Shown here: in pieces, positions 19,654-28,438 of the stretch
Position numbering within the stretch: position 1 is the first letter of the stretch
Layout of the letters: the number at the start of each line of letters is the position of its first letter
Assembly: GCA_963811645.1 (NCBI GenBank)
Contig: CAWERU010000002.1
Location: 1,358,265-1,422,264, forward strand
DNA from: an uncultured Bacteroidota bacterium
GTDB lineage: Bacteria; Bacteroidota; Bacteroidia; Chitinophagales; Chitinophagaceae
Direction: 5' to 3'
Length of the DNA stretch: 64,000 nt
The notes under the pieces: generated by a model
Told to the model about the DNA's origin: nothing
Database searches by the model: none
Seen by the model: only the letters and a program-made list of their open reading frames with translations
Program-made: the position numbers and the translations under genes

Positions 19654-20388
19654 TTAATAAAAGACCAATTGATTAGGATGCTTCCTGTTTCCCCATTTAC
19701 CATATAGCCAGTAACTAAATTTGGTGGAAAGTATACCGATACCGGCCCCGGCGATCACATCACTCAGCCAATGCCGGTTATTCATAATGCGCAAGGCACC
19801 CGTTCCGGTAGCCATAGTATACCCCACCACACTATACCATGGTGAACGCCAACCGAATTCCTGGTTCATCATTTCCGCCCCAATAAAAGCAGTAGTGGTA
19901 TGGCCTGAGGGAAAAGAATTATAAGTGGACCCGTCAGGTCGCAATTGGTGTGTAACATGTTTAAGAGCTGTTACCATTGAAGTAGATACAATAGTTGTCA
20001 TAGTCAGAATAATAGTGCGGTCAAAAATTTTATTTCTTCCATATATACCTGCAGCATTTAATAAATATACACCGGCAGCAGGAGCATATTGCAAATAGTT
20101 GTCCGCTTTTGTTTTAAAGTCTGAGGCATCTTCCTGAACTTCAGTGGCGATATTTTTATTTATTTCCTGTAATTCTTCACTTTTTAACGTGGCGAAACCA
20201 TATCCAATAAAAGATACAGGTATAATTAAAGATTTAGCAGACAGGTAGTTTTTTTTCTTTGCCTGAAAGTAGAAAGCTTTTTTTGCTGGTTTATTTGAAG
20301 AATCTGTTTGCTGAGATGAAGAATTGAATGGCGAAAAAAATAAGATAATAGTGAGTAACAGGGAAGTAGTGGTGGCCCGGGTTTTCAT
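19654..20388 (-). CDS. PAP2-family (phosphatidic acid phosphatase type 2) lipid phosphatase
   Basis: 244 aa with the three PAP2 motifs KHVTHQLRP, PSGH and NRHWLSDVIAG, plus a signal peptide or first TM. Confidence 0.8.
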   Translation of the reverse strand: MKTRATTTSLLLTIILFFSPFNSSSQQTDSSNKPAKKAFYFQAKKKNYLSAKSLIIPVSFIGYGFATLKSEELQEINKNIATEVQEDASDFKTKADNYLQYAPAAGVYLLNAAGIYGRNKIFDRTIILTMTTIVSTSMVTALKHVTHQLRPDGSTYNSFPSGHTTTAFIGAEMMNQEFGWRSPWYSVVGYTMATGTGALRIMNNRHWLSDVIAGAGIGILSTKFSYWLYGKWGNRKHPNQLVFY

Positions 20389-20539
20389 AAGAATTGAAGA
20401 TACTTACTTTAGCAAACCGGCATGTAATTTTTTTATTACTTAACAGTTTTATTGAGCGAGATTAAATTTTCGGGAATATCAAATGGAGTCGGTAAAACCG
20501 ACCCCATTCTATTAACCGGCTGTATAACTGATTTAAAGA

Positions 20540-22513
20540 CTAATTCTTTCCGACAACATCGTCTTTATCTGTTTCTATATTTTTTCTTTTTGCCAGTGAT
20601 TGAGCATTCGTTACTAATTTGATGAATTCAGCCCTGTAACCTTCTTCATCATCACTTTTTGAATTTTTTGCAAGTGCGACGACATTGCTGAAGCTTGAAT
20701 TTGATTTATATTCTGAATTCCGAAGTAGCATTCCAAATTCAGCTACCGATGCTGCAAAGCGAAAATTATTACTTGTTGCAGCAAGAGATAATTGTGTATC
20801 AAACACAGGATGCTCGATTAATTTGCTCACATCGCCGTCGGGTTGTTTATAACGCAGTTTTATATTCATGATCTCACCATTATCTGATGTTTTGTTTAAA
20901 GCTGTTTTATTTTTTTGGTATTTCAAGTCATCTACTTTTTTGAGGAAACTGTCTTTCACTCCAACAGGAATTACTTCATATAAAGCTGTTACCGTATGAC
21001 CGCTTCCGAGTTCACCTGCATCTTTTTTATCATCGTTAAAATCTTCTTTATTGAGTAAACGGTTTTCATAACCGATCAGCCTGTAGCCTTGCACTTTTGC
21101 AGGATTGAACTCTATCTGCAACTTTACATCTTTCGCAATAGTGAAAAGTGTTCCTCCAAATTCATTTACCAACACCTTTTTTGCTTCATTTAATCCATCA
21201 ATATATGCATGATTGCCATTTCCTTTATCTGCCATTTTTTGCATCTTGCTGTCTTTATAATTTCCCATTCCATATCCAAGCACTGTCAGAAATACGCCGC
21301 TTTTTCTTTCCTCTTCGATCATTCTTTCCAGTTCATCATCACTGCTGGAGCCTACATTGAAATCTCCATCGGTACAAAGTATAACCCTGTTATTCCCTCC
21401 CTTTACAAAATTTTCTCTTGCTGTTTTATATGCGAGTTGAATCCCTGCTCCGCCTGCTGTAGACCCACCTGCTTCAAGATTATCAATTGCATCTTTGATT
21501 TTTATTTTTTCAGCACCATTTGTTGAAGGCAAAACAAGCCCGGCATTTCCCGCATATACTACAAGTGCCACTTTATCCTGCTCACGTAATTGATCAACCA
21601 ATAATTTCATAGATGCTTTTACCAATGGGAGTTTGTTCTCATCCATCATAGAACCTGAAACATCGATAAGAAAAACAAGATTGGTAGCAGGAAGATCTTC
21701 AGTCGGTATTTTCTTTCCCTGCAAACCAATGAGAACCAATTTGTGATCTTTATTCCACGGACAATCAGAAATTTCTGTGTTTACTGAAAAAGGATCATTG
21801 CCTGTTGGCTGAGGATAATCATAATGAAAATAATTAACCATTTCTTCAATGCGAACAGCGCCGGCAGGAGGTAATTCACCGCTATTTAAAAAACGACGAA
21901 TGTTGCTATACGAAGCTGCATCCACATCAATTGAAAAAGTAGAAAGCGGGTTGTCTGTTACTTTTAAGAATGGATTCTCTGTTATCTCATCATATTCTTC
22001 AGTATTAAAACTCTGTGTGTTGTTATAGTGATGCCCGTTGTTCGAACTGGAATTTCTGTAGCGGCCATTCACTTGTAATCCTGCTACTCTTCCTGAAAGA
22101 TACCGGCTGGCATTATTTGGGGATGGAAGTTGGTTGCTAAAAGTAGATACCGATCCGGCGATATCTTGGTTACGTTCTGTACCATATCCCATAACCACTA
22201 CTTCATCCAAGTTTGCTTCTGCGAATTTTAATGAAACATTTACTGAACTCTGATCTTTAACTTTTACTTCAACTGTTTCATAGCCGACAGCCGAAATAAT
22301 AAGAATTAGCTTTTCCTTATTGGTTGTGATCTGAAAGCTTCCGTCACTGGCTGTAACAGTTCCATCTTTTGTGCCTTTGATGGTAACAGAGGCATTCACT
22401 ACAGGTTGACCTTTTTCATCCATGACCTTACCTGTAATAGTTCTGTTGTTTACGGGACTGAACGCAAAGAAGACTGCAAGCAGCGGAATGAACATAAAAA
22501 TTATCTTTTTCAT
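20540..22513 (-). CDS. secreted von Willebrand factor type A (vWA) domain protein with N-terminal carboxypeptidase-regulatory-like domain
   Basis: 657 aa. Signal peptide, CarboxypepD_reg-like segment (ITGKVMDEKGQPVVNASVTIKG...DGSF), and a vWA MIDAS motif (LIDVSGSM...). Confidence 0.75.
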   Translation of the reverse strand: MKKIIFMFIPLLAVFFAFSPVNNRTITGKVMDEKGQPVVNASVTIKGTKDGTVTASDGSFQITTNKEKLILIISAVGYETVEVKVKDQSSVNVSLKFAEANLDEVVVMGYGTERNQDIAGSVSTFSNQLPSPNNASRYLSGRVAGLQVNGRYRNSSSNNGHHYNNTQSFNTEEYDEITENPFLKVTDNPLSTFSIDVDAASYSNIRRFLNSGELPPAGAVRIEEMVNYFHYDYPQPTGNDPFSVNTEISDCPWNKDHKLVLIGLQGKKIPTEDLPATNLVFLIDVSGSMMDENKLPLVKASMKLLVDQLREQDKVALVVYAGNAGLVLPSTNGAEKIKIKDAIDNLEAGGSTAGGAGIQLAYKTARENFVKGGNNRVILCTDGDFNVGSSSDDELERMIEEERKSGVFLTVLGYGMGNYKDSKMQKMADKGNGNHAYIDGLNEAKKVLVNEFGGTLFTIAKDVKLQIEFNPAKVQGYRLIGYENRLLNKEDFNDDKKDAGELGSGHTVTALYEVIPVGVKDSFLKKVDDLKYQKNKTALNKTSDNGEIMNIKLRYKQPDGDVSKLIEHPVFDTQLSLAATSNNFRFAASVAEFGMLLRNSEYKSNSSFSNVVALAKNSKSDDEEGYRAEFIKLVTNAQSLAKRKNIETDKDDVVGKN

Positions 22514-22594
22514 AAATGTTTTTAATAATCAGATGCAACTGTTTTAAGAATTACATAAGTCATTCCTGAAATATTATTTGCTAATTTTAGCCCG

Positions 22595-23188
22595 GTGAGT
22601 TTTTTAAAGAAAATACCTGCTGATTCATTAACTGATGCTGAACTGATTCTGCGTTATAAAAAGACGGAAGACCTTGAAATATTAGGGCAGCTTTATCAAA
22701 AATATATGGACCTCGTCTATGGTGTTTGCCTGAAATATTTCAAAGAGTCTGAAAGATCAAAAGATGCAGTAATGCAGATCTTTGAAGAATTGGTTATAAA
22801 GCTAAAAAAGCACGAAGTAGAAAACTTCAAAAGCTGGCTTTACCAGCTCACCAAAAATCACTGCCTTATGCAACTGAGAACTCCCAGGAATTTGAAAACT
22901 GTTGATATTCCTGAATCTATTATGCAAAGCGAAGAAAATGTGCATCTTGATGGTATGCTGGATAAGGAGGAGAACCTGCAACGGCTTGAATATTGTTTAA
23001 CTACTTTAACTGATGAACAACGGAAAGCTGTACAGCTTTTTTATCTGGAAGGTAAATGCTACAATGAGATCGTGGCACTGATGGGGCAGGAGTGGAACCA
23101 GGTTCGGAGTTTTATACAGAATGGGAGAAGGAATTTAAAATTATGTATGGAAAGAAATGAAGTAAAAAGCAAGAAGAATGAATTTTAG
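22595..23188 (+). CDS. RNA polymerase ECF-type sigma-70 factor
   Basis: 197 aa with sigma-70 regions 2 and 4 (LTDEQRKAVQLFYLEGKCYNEIVALMG). Divergent from the vWA gene. Confidence 0.85.
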   Translation: MSFLKKIPADSLTDAELILRYKKTEDLEILGQLYQKYMDLVYGVCLKYFKESERSKDAVMQIFEELVIKLKKHEVENFKSWLYQLTKNHCLMQLRTPRNLKTVDIPESIMQSEENVHLDGMLDKEENLQRLEYCLTTLTDEQRKAVQLFYLEGKCYNEIVALMGQEWNQVRSFIQNGRRNLKLCMERNEVKSKKNEF

Positions 23189-23236
23189 ATTTTGGATTTA
23201 GAATTCAGGTTTAATTGGAATTTGTTTTTGTGATTT

Positions 23237-24532
23237 TTGAAATTTATGCCCGACCAAAAAAAATATAATTATTCAGCAGCGGATATTGAAAAATATCATA
23301 AGGGACTTTTATCTTCTGAGGAAATGCACCAGCTTGAGAAAGCTGCTTTAGATGATCCCTTTCTTGCAGATGCATTAGAAGGTTATGGAATTTCTTTAGT
23401 AAACGCAACAAAAGATGTTTCTGATCTTGAGAAGAGATTAGCTGAACGAATTTCCGGTGCTAAGATTATTTCCATGGCGAATTTAAAAGGTTCGTTTCAA
23501 TGGTGGAAAGCGGCAGCAGCCGTGGTTATCATCGGGGGACTCGGATTTTTTGCATTTAAATTTTTTAATAATAAGGAAGATAAATCTGTTGCCCAACTGG
23601 AAAAGAACAAAGTTCAACCTGCTCCGGCGCCAATCATTGATTCTGTAAAATCTGAAAAACCAGAGTCGACGGATATCGCTGTAAATAATTTACCTGTCAT
23701 TACACCTTCGAAAAGAAAACTGACGCCAAAATCATTGCACAAACAGGCTGATTCAAACAGCATTGTTTCTTCTATTGCCGGTTCAGAAAACTCAAATCTT
23801 TTTTCTTTACAAAAAGAAAATGTTGACACGAACAATAATAAGACGATCGCATTGAGTTCACCCGTTGCCAAATCATTTAAAGCGGAAAACGATCAAGTGG
23901 AAGGATATTCTCCAATGAAAAAGGATATGGTTGCTCTAAAACGGGGCGAAGAGAAGATGAATTACTTTCATGGACTTGTGACTGACGCAAACAATAACCC
24001 TTTACCATTTGCCAATATTACCAACGTTCGCAATAATGTTGGAACCTATGCTGATGCAAATGGAAACTTCACACTCATATCAACCGATTCTGTTTTGAAT
24101 GTAAAAATTCGTTCTATCGGATTTGAAAATGATGTTGCGCATTTAAAAAATAACGTCCCACTCAATAAAATAATTTTGCAGGAAGACAAAGCCGCTCCGG
24201 ACAGGATCATCAGTTACCAGAAACCGGATACTAGTCGTTCACGAGGCAGTATGAAGTTTGAAGAACCCGAACCCGCTGATGGATGGATCAACTACAATAC
24301 TTATATCGCTAATAATATCCAGATGCCTGACAACCCAGTAAAGGGGCGGGTAGAACTTTCCTTTGATGTTGATCAAAATGGCAATCCGGTCGATGTCAAA
24401 GTTGAAAAATCACTTTGCCAGAAATGTGACGAAGAGGCGGCACGTCTTATTAAACAGGGACCGAAATGGAAAAAGAAGGACAAAAAATCAAAACGGGTGA
24501 CTATCACTGTCCCTTTTGATAGTAGTCATTGA
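23237..24532 (+). CDS. putative anti-sigma factor: N-terminal cytoplasmic domain, single TM, periplasmic carboxypeptidase-regulatory-like and TonB C-terminal-like domains
   Basis: 431 aa lying 48 bp downstream of the ECF sigma gene. TM segment WWKAAAAVVIIGGLGFFAFKFF near residue 100; GLVTDANNNPLPFANITNV...GNFTLI is a CarbopepD_reg-like segment; the C-terminus YNTYIANNIQMPDNPVKGRVELSFDVDQNGNPVDVKV is TonB_C-like. Confidence 0.6.
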   Translation: MKFMPDQKKYNYSAADIEKYHKGLLSSEEMHQLEKAALDDPFLADALEGYGISLVNATKDVSDLEKRLAERISGAKIISMANLKGSFQWWKAAAAVVIIGGLGFFAFKFFNNKEDKSVAQLEKNKVQPAPAPIIDSVKSEKPESTDIAVNNLPVITPSKRKLTPKSLHKQADSNSIVSSIAGSENSNLFSLQKENVDTNNNKTIALSSPVAKSFKAENDQVEGYSPMKKDMVALKRGEEKMNYFHGLVTDANNNPLPFANITNVRNNVGTYADANGNFTLISTDSVLNVKIRSIGFENDVAHLKNNVPLNKIILQEDKAAPDRIISYQKPDTSRSRGSMKFEEPEPADGWINYNTYIANNIQMPDNPVKGRVELSFDVDQNGNPVDVKVEKSLCQKCDEEAARLIKQGPKWKKKDKKSKRVTITVPFDSSH

Positions 24533-24741
24533 GTTTCCCTATTTTTGACAAAAGCATTTGCTTAAATGTTTAAAAGGCAAAGCATGCTTTCATATAAAAA
24601 AATATGACAAGGAAATTTTTTCTCAAATAAAAGAGGCACTCAAAATAGGATATGATAACTGGCACAAACGCAGATGGATATAATTTTCGATAATTTCGTT
24701 TTAAACTGACTTTTATTAATTCAACCTACAAACAATTTGCT

Positions 24742-25575
24742 ATGAGAAAATTTATTTTGGGCATCATTGCTGTTACAATAACATATTTATCAAATTCACA
24801 AGCTCTCAAAACACCTGCGCCTAGTCCTACTCAAACCATAGAGCAGGAATTTGGAATTTCATCTATTGAACTTTCTTATTCGAGGCCGGGTGTAAAAGGC
24901 CGTCAGATATTTGGCGATCTTGTTCCATACGGAAAAGTCTGGAGAACCGGCGCCAATGGGGCTACTACCATAACTTTCGGTGATGATGTAATGATTGGAG
25001 ATAAAAAAATTACGGCAGGTAAATATGGTTTGTTAACCATTCCCGGCGAAAATGAATGGACTGTGATCTTTACAAAACAACTGGATGTAACAAGCCCTGC
25101 TGCTTACAAACAGGATCAGGACGTGGTTCGTGTTCCGGTGGAAGCATATAAACTTCCTTTTTCCATTGAAACCTTTACGATGGATTTTAATGATATTACA
25201 AGCAACAGTTGCAAACTGGAACTGATGTGGGATAGTGTATATGTGCACGTGCCGATTACTACAGATATTGACAGTAAAGTGATGGCGCAAATAAAGGAAA
25301 CAATGGAAACAGATAATCGTCCTTATTTCCAGGCGGCATTATACTACATGGATAACGGTAAGGATTTAAACCAGGCGGTTCAATGGCTTGACAAAGCTAT
25401 TGCTCAAAACCCTGACGGTTTTTTTATTTATTATCAAAAAGCAAGAGCACTTGCCAAATTGGGAAAGAAACAGGAAGCAATCGCTGCCTCTAATAAATCA
25501 ATTGAACTGGCAAAGCAGGCGAAGAATGATGATTACGTTCGTCTGAATGAAAAGTTGTTAGCGCAGATAAAATAA
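24742..25575 (+). CDS. DUF2911-family secreted protein with C-terminal TPR-like region
   Basis: 277 aa. Signal peptide, then SYSRPGVKGRQIFGDLVPYGKVWRTGANGATTI, which is the conserved DUF2911 core. Confidence 0.6.
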   Translation: MRKFILGIIAVTITYLSNSQALKTPAPSPTQTIEQEFGISSIELSYSRPGVKGRQIFGDLVPYGKVWRTGANGATTITFGDDVMIGDKKITAGKYGLLTIPGENEWTVIFTKQLDVTSPAAYKQDQDVVRVPVEAYKLPFSIETFTMDFNDITSNSCKLELMWDSVYVHVPITTDIDSKVMAQIKETMETDNRPYFQAALYYMDNGKDLNQAVQWLDKAIAQNPDGFFIYYQKARALAKLGKKQEAIAASNKSIELAKQAKNDDYVRLNEKLLAQIK

Positions 25576-25594
25576 ATGGCCCAGTTATCAAATT

Positions 25595-26170
25595 TTATTT
25601 TGATCTTGGATTAGTACTTGTGAGAAGCTTATTTATCTTGGGAATTATCACCTCATCAAAATATTCTTTGACCTTTGCCTTTTCAATATAGCCGCCATCA
25701 TTTATATGAATTATTTTACTGGATTGGTTTGTTATTATATTTACCGGGAATCCTAAACCGAAGTTTAAGGTTTGACATAATTTTCCTGAGATAAGAATAA
25801 TATCATACTTTAAGCCATACTTCTCTCTGATTCTTTTTACCGCTTCCTTTGTTTCGAAGGTAAATGCTAAGAGTTGAAAATTTTTATTCCCTCTGAATTG
25901 CTCATAGATGCTATTTAATTCATCGAATTCAACAACACATGGTTCACATCCTTCAAACCAAAAATTAACCAGGGTTACTTTGCCTTTCAATGAATCGTTA
26001 TTGTAAATAACTTCTTTATCGGATTCGGCGTAAAATTCATTTAATTCTGTTCCAAGTATTTTTTGCCGCTTCATTTGATCTATCATCTCTATATCAATCG
26101 TATCCTTATTAAGCTGGGAGAAAGATAGTTTGGAAAGAACCAATACAAGGCTAAGTAGCAGAACTTTCAT
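25595..26170 (-). CDS. TlpA-like thiol:disulfide oxidoreductase (thioredoxin fold)
   Basis: 191 aa. Signal peptide and CxxC active site in VNFWFEGCEPCVVEF. Confidence 0.7.
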   Translation of the reverse strand: MKVLLLSLVLVLSKLSFSQLNKDTIDIEMIDQMKRQKILGTELNEFYAESDKEVIYNNDSLKGKVTLVNFWFEGCEPCVVEFDELNSIYEQFRGNKNFQLLAFTFETKEAVKRIREKYGLKYDIILISGKLCQTLNFGLGFPVNIITNQSSKIIHINDGGYIEKAKVKEYFDEVIIPKINKLLTSTNPRSK

Positions 26171-26196
26171 GAACGGTAAGATTTGGCGTAATAAAT

Positions 26197-27915
26197 TTAT
26201 GCCTTTCTTTTCATCATCGAATTAAACAGAATTGCAAAAAATATCACACCAAATGCACCGATTGGATTCAGCCAGAGAAATCCCAATTTATAATAACCTA
26301 ATCTTGCAAAAATAAAAACAGCAAGCACCAAGCATTCAGCTAACACGGCTCCCCAAAATACTGCTTTGCCGCTTTTAATATTTTTTAAAAAGAAAGCGAC
26401 AAGAAAAACTCCCAGTATTACTCCGTAAAATAAAGAGCCGAGCACATTCACCGCTTCAATCAAACTGTTGCCGATATTGTAGGTGAACATAGCAATCACA
26501 ATACAAAAGACACCCCATGCAAGCGTGTACCATTTTGACCATTGATATTCTTTTTCAGGAGTGATCTTTTTTGCAAACCGCCGATGGAAATCAACCATGG
26601 TGCAGGAAGAAAGAGAGTTCAATGCAGCTGCAATGCTTCCCCAGGAAGCAAGAAAAATAATAGCAATAAGAAGTCCAACCAAACCTGCGGGCAAATAGTC
26701 AACGACAAACCTCAGGAAAATGTAGTTGGTATCATTACCGTCTCCGCCAGACTTATTGATCCAATCACTTACCTTTCCGCGCAGGCTGTCAGAACTATTC
26801 TGCAATTGCAGGAGTTCATTTGTTTTTCCGTCGATTGACTCTTTATCATTCCTGTGAAGAGCTTCAGTAAATTGAGCAACCGCTTCTCTTTTTTCTTTTG
26901 CAAGAACGAGGTATTGGGATTGCGCTACACTAAAAGAATCACTATAAGCAGAATTTTGAAGTTTGCCGATCTGTGTATCATTAAAAAAAATAGGAGCACG
27001 ATTAAACTGGTAAAATGTAAAAACTAATGTGCCCACGAGCAATATCAAAAATTGCATCGGCACTTTTACAATTCCATTCATCAATAGTCCAAGCCGGCTT
27101 TGTTTTATTGATCTTGCGGTTAAATATCTTCCTACCTGAGACTGATCAGCGCCGAAATAGGATAGGAGGAGGAAAAACCCGCCAAAAATTCCACTTAACA
27201 AATTGTACTGATCGCTCCAGTTGAATTTTCCATTTTTAAAACCGGTTGTGATCACATTTAATTTTCCCAGTTTTCCGCTTACGTGCAATGCATCAAAAAA
27301 ACCAATTCCCTTTGGAAGCATGTTCACTACCATATATGCGGCTAAAAACATTCCTAAGAAAATAATGATCAGTTGTAGTTTCTGTGTATAAGCCACAGCT
27401 TTTGCGCCGCCACTCATTGTATAGATGATGAGCAAACCGCCCATTAAGAGATTTGTCCAATATATATTCCAACCCAAAAGCGATGAAAGAATAATGGAAG
27501 GGGCGAATACGCTTATGCCGGTTGACAATCCACGTTGTAATAAAAAAAGAAAGGAAGTTAATGTTCTCGTTTTCCCATCGAATCTTGATTCGAGGTATTC
27601 ATAAGCAGTGTACACTTTTAATTTTGAAAATATCGGAACGAACGAGATGCAGATAACAATTGCGGCCAATGGCAACCCAAAATAATATTGAACAAAACGC
27701 ATACCGTCAGTATATGCCTGGCCGGGTGCAGAAAGAAACGTGATGGCACTGGCTTGTGTTCCCATAATGCTGAGCAGGATCAACCCCCAGTGCATGCTGC
27801 GATTGGAAAGAAAATAACCGTCAAGATTGTGAGTGGTGCGGCTTTTGTAAAGTCCGTAAGTTACAATCCCGGCAAGCGTTACGATCAGAACTATCCAATC
27901 AAGAGAATTCATCAA
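26197..27915 (-). CDS. sodium:solute symporter (SSS) family transporter
   Basis: 572 aa polytopic protein with an SSS-like N-terminal region (LDGYFLSNRSMHWGLILLSIMGTQASAITFLSAPGQAY). Carries a roughly 100-aa hydrophilic insertion in the middle. Confidence 0.85.
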   Translation of the reverse strand: MMNSLDWIVLIVTLAGIVTYGLYKSRTTHNLDGYFLSNRSMHWGLILLSIMGTQASAITFLSAPGQAYTDGMRFVQYYFGLPLAAIVICISFVPIFSKLKVYTAYEYLESRFDGKTRTLTSFLFLLQRGLSTGISVFAPSIILSSLLGWNIYWTNLLMGGLLIIYTMSGGAKAVAYTQKLQLIIIFLGMFLAAYMVVNMLPKGIGFFDALHVSGKLGKLNVITTGFKNGKFNWSDQYNLLSGIFGGFFLLLSYFGADQSQVGRYLTARSIKQSRLGLLMNGIVKVPMQFLILLVGTLVFTFYQFNRAPIFFNDTQIGKLQNSAYSDSFSVAQSQYLVLAKEKREAVAQFTEALHRNDKESIDGKTNELLQLQNSSDSLRGKVSDWINKSGGDGNDTNYIFLRFVVDYLPAGLVGLLIAIIFLASWGSIAAALNSLSSCTMVDFHRRFAKKITPEKEYQWSKWYTLAWGVFCIVIAMFTYNIGNSLIEAVNVLGSLFYGVILGVFLVAFFLKNIKSGKAVFWGAVLAECLVLAVFIFARLGYYKLGFLWLNPIGAFGVIFFAILFNSMMKRKA

Positions 27916-28057
27916 TGATGTTGTTGTTTAGCTCGTATGAAAATTCTAAATATCAAGTTCCAAATCTCAAATAAGTTTCAAACCAGAGCTCGTTTTCCCG
28001 TTTTTGGTTTCAAATTTTTAATTTATTTGGAATTTGTGATTTGTTGTTTGTGATTTT

Positions 28058-28180
28058 TTACGAAAAATACTTTGTGAAAAAATAAAAAAACACAATGAGC
28101 AGGATTAAAAATATGATCACGAACGCATACCATTGCGCCCAGGTTTTGAATACAGGTATTTTATCATTGTTATTATTCAT
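28058..28180 (-). CDS. unannotated micro-ORF, single-TM peptide (40 aa)
   Basis: An ATG..TAA ORF that I translated by hand: MNNNNDKIPVFKTWAQWYAFVIIFLILLIVFFYFFTKYFS. One clear TM helix. It lies between the PIG-L gene and the SSS symporter on the same strand and is absent from the ORF track because it is under 60 aa. Confidence 0.3.
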   Translation of the reverse strand: MNNNNDKIPVFKTWAQWYAFVIIFLILLIVFFYFFTKYFS

Positions 28181-28236
28181 AATTCAAAATATGATGCTGA
28201 ACTATATTTCGGAAACTTCAGTGACTAAGCCGTTAA

Positions 28237-28401
28237 TTATTTTCTCCGAAGCAAAGAAATCGCAATAAAGCCCAACACAATACCTATCAATAATCCAACT
28301 TTAATTCTCCTGATGAAAAGACCAATTGCCAGTCCAAGCACAATGGCAACAACACCTGCAATGTCTTTTCTTAAATTATCTGCTCTTTTTTGTTCATCCA
28401 T
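28237..28401 (-). CDS. unannotated micro-ORF, small two-helix membrane peptide (54 aa)
   Basis: Hand translation: MDEQKRADNLRKDIAGVVAIVLGLAIGLFIRRIKVGLLIGIVLGFIAISLLRRK. Two short hydrophobic helices separated by RRIK. Same strand, sitting between the PIG-L gene and the symporter. Confidence 0.3.
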   Translation of the reverse strand: MDEQKRADNLRKDIAGVVAIVLGLAIGLFIRRIKVGLLIGIVLGFIAISLLRRK

Positions 28402-28438
28402 AAACCTTTCCCCAGTCTCTCTCCCAAGGAGAGGGCTT

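Noticed and set aside
20485-20506. Hairpin GTCGG-taaaa-CCGAC downstream of the vWA gene as a terminator
   Set aside because: It has only a 5-bp stem and no convincing U-run on the transcribed strand, which is too weak to annotate.
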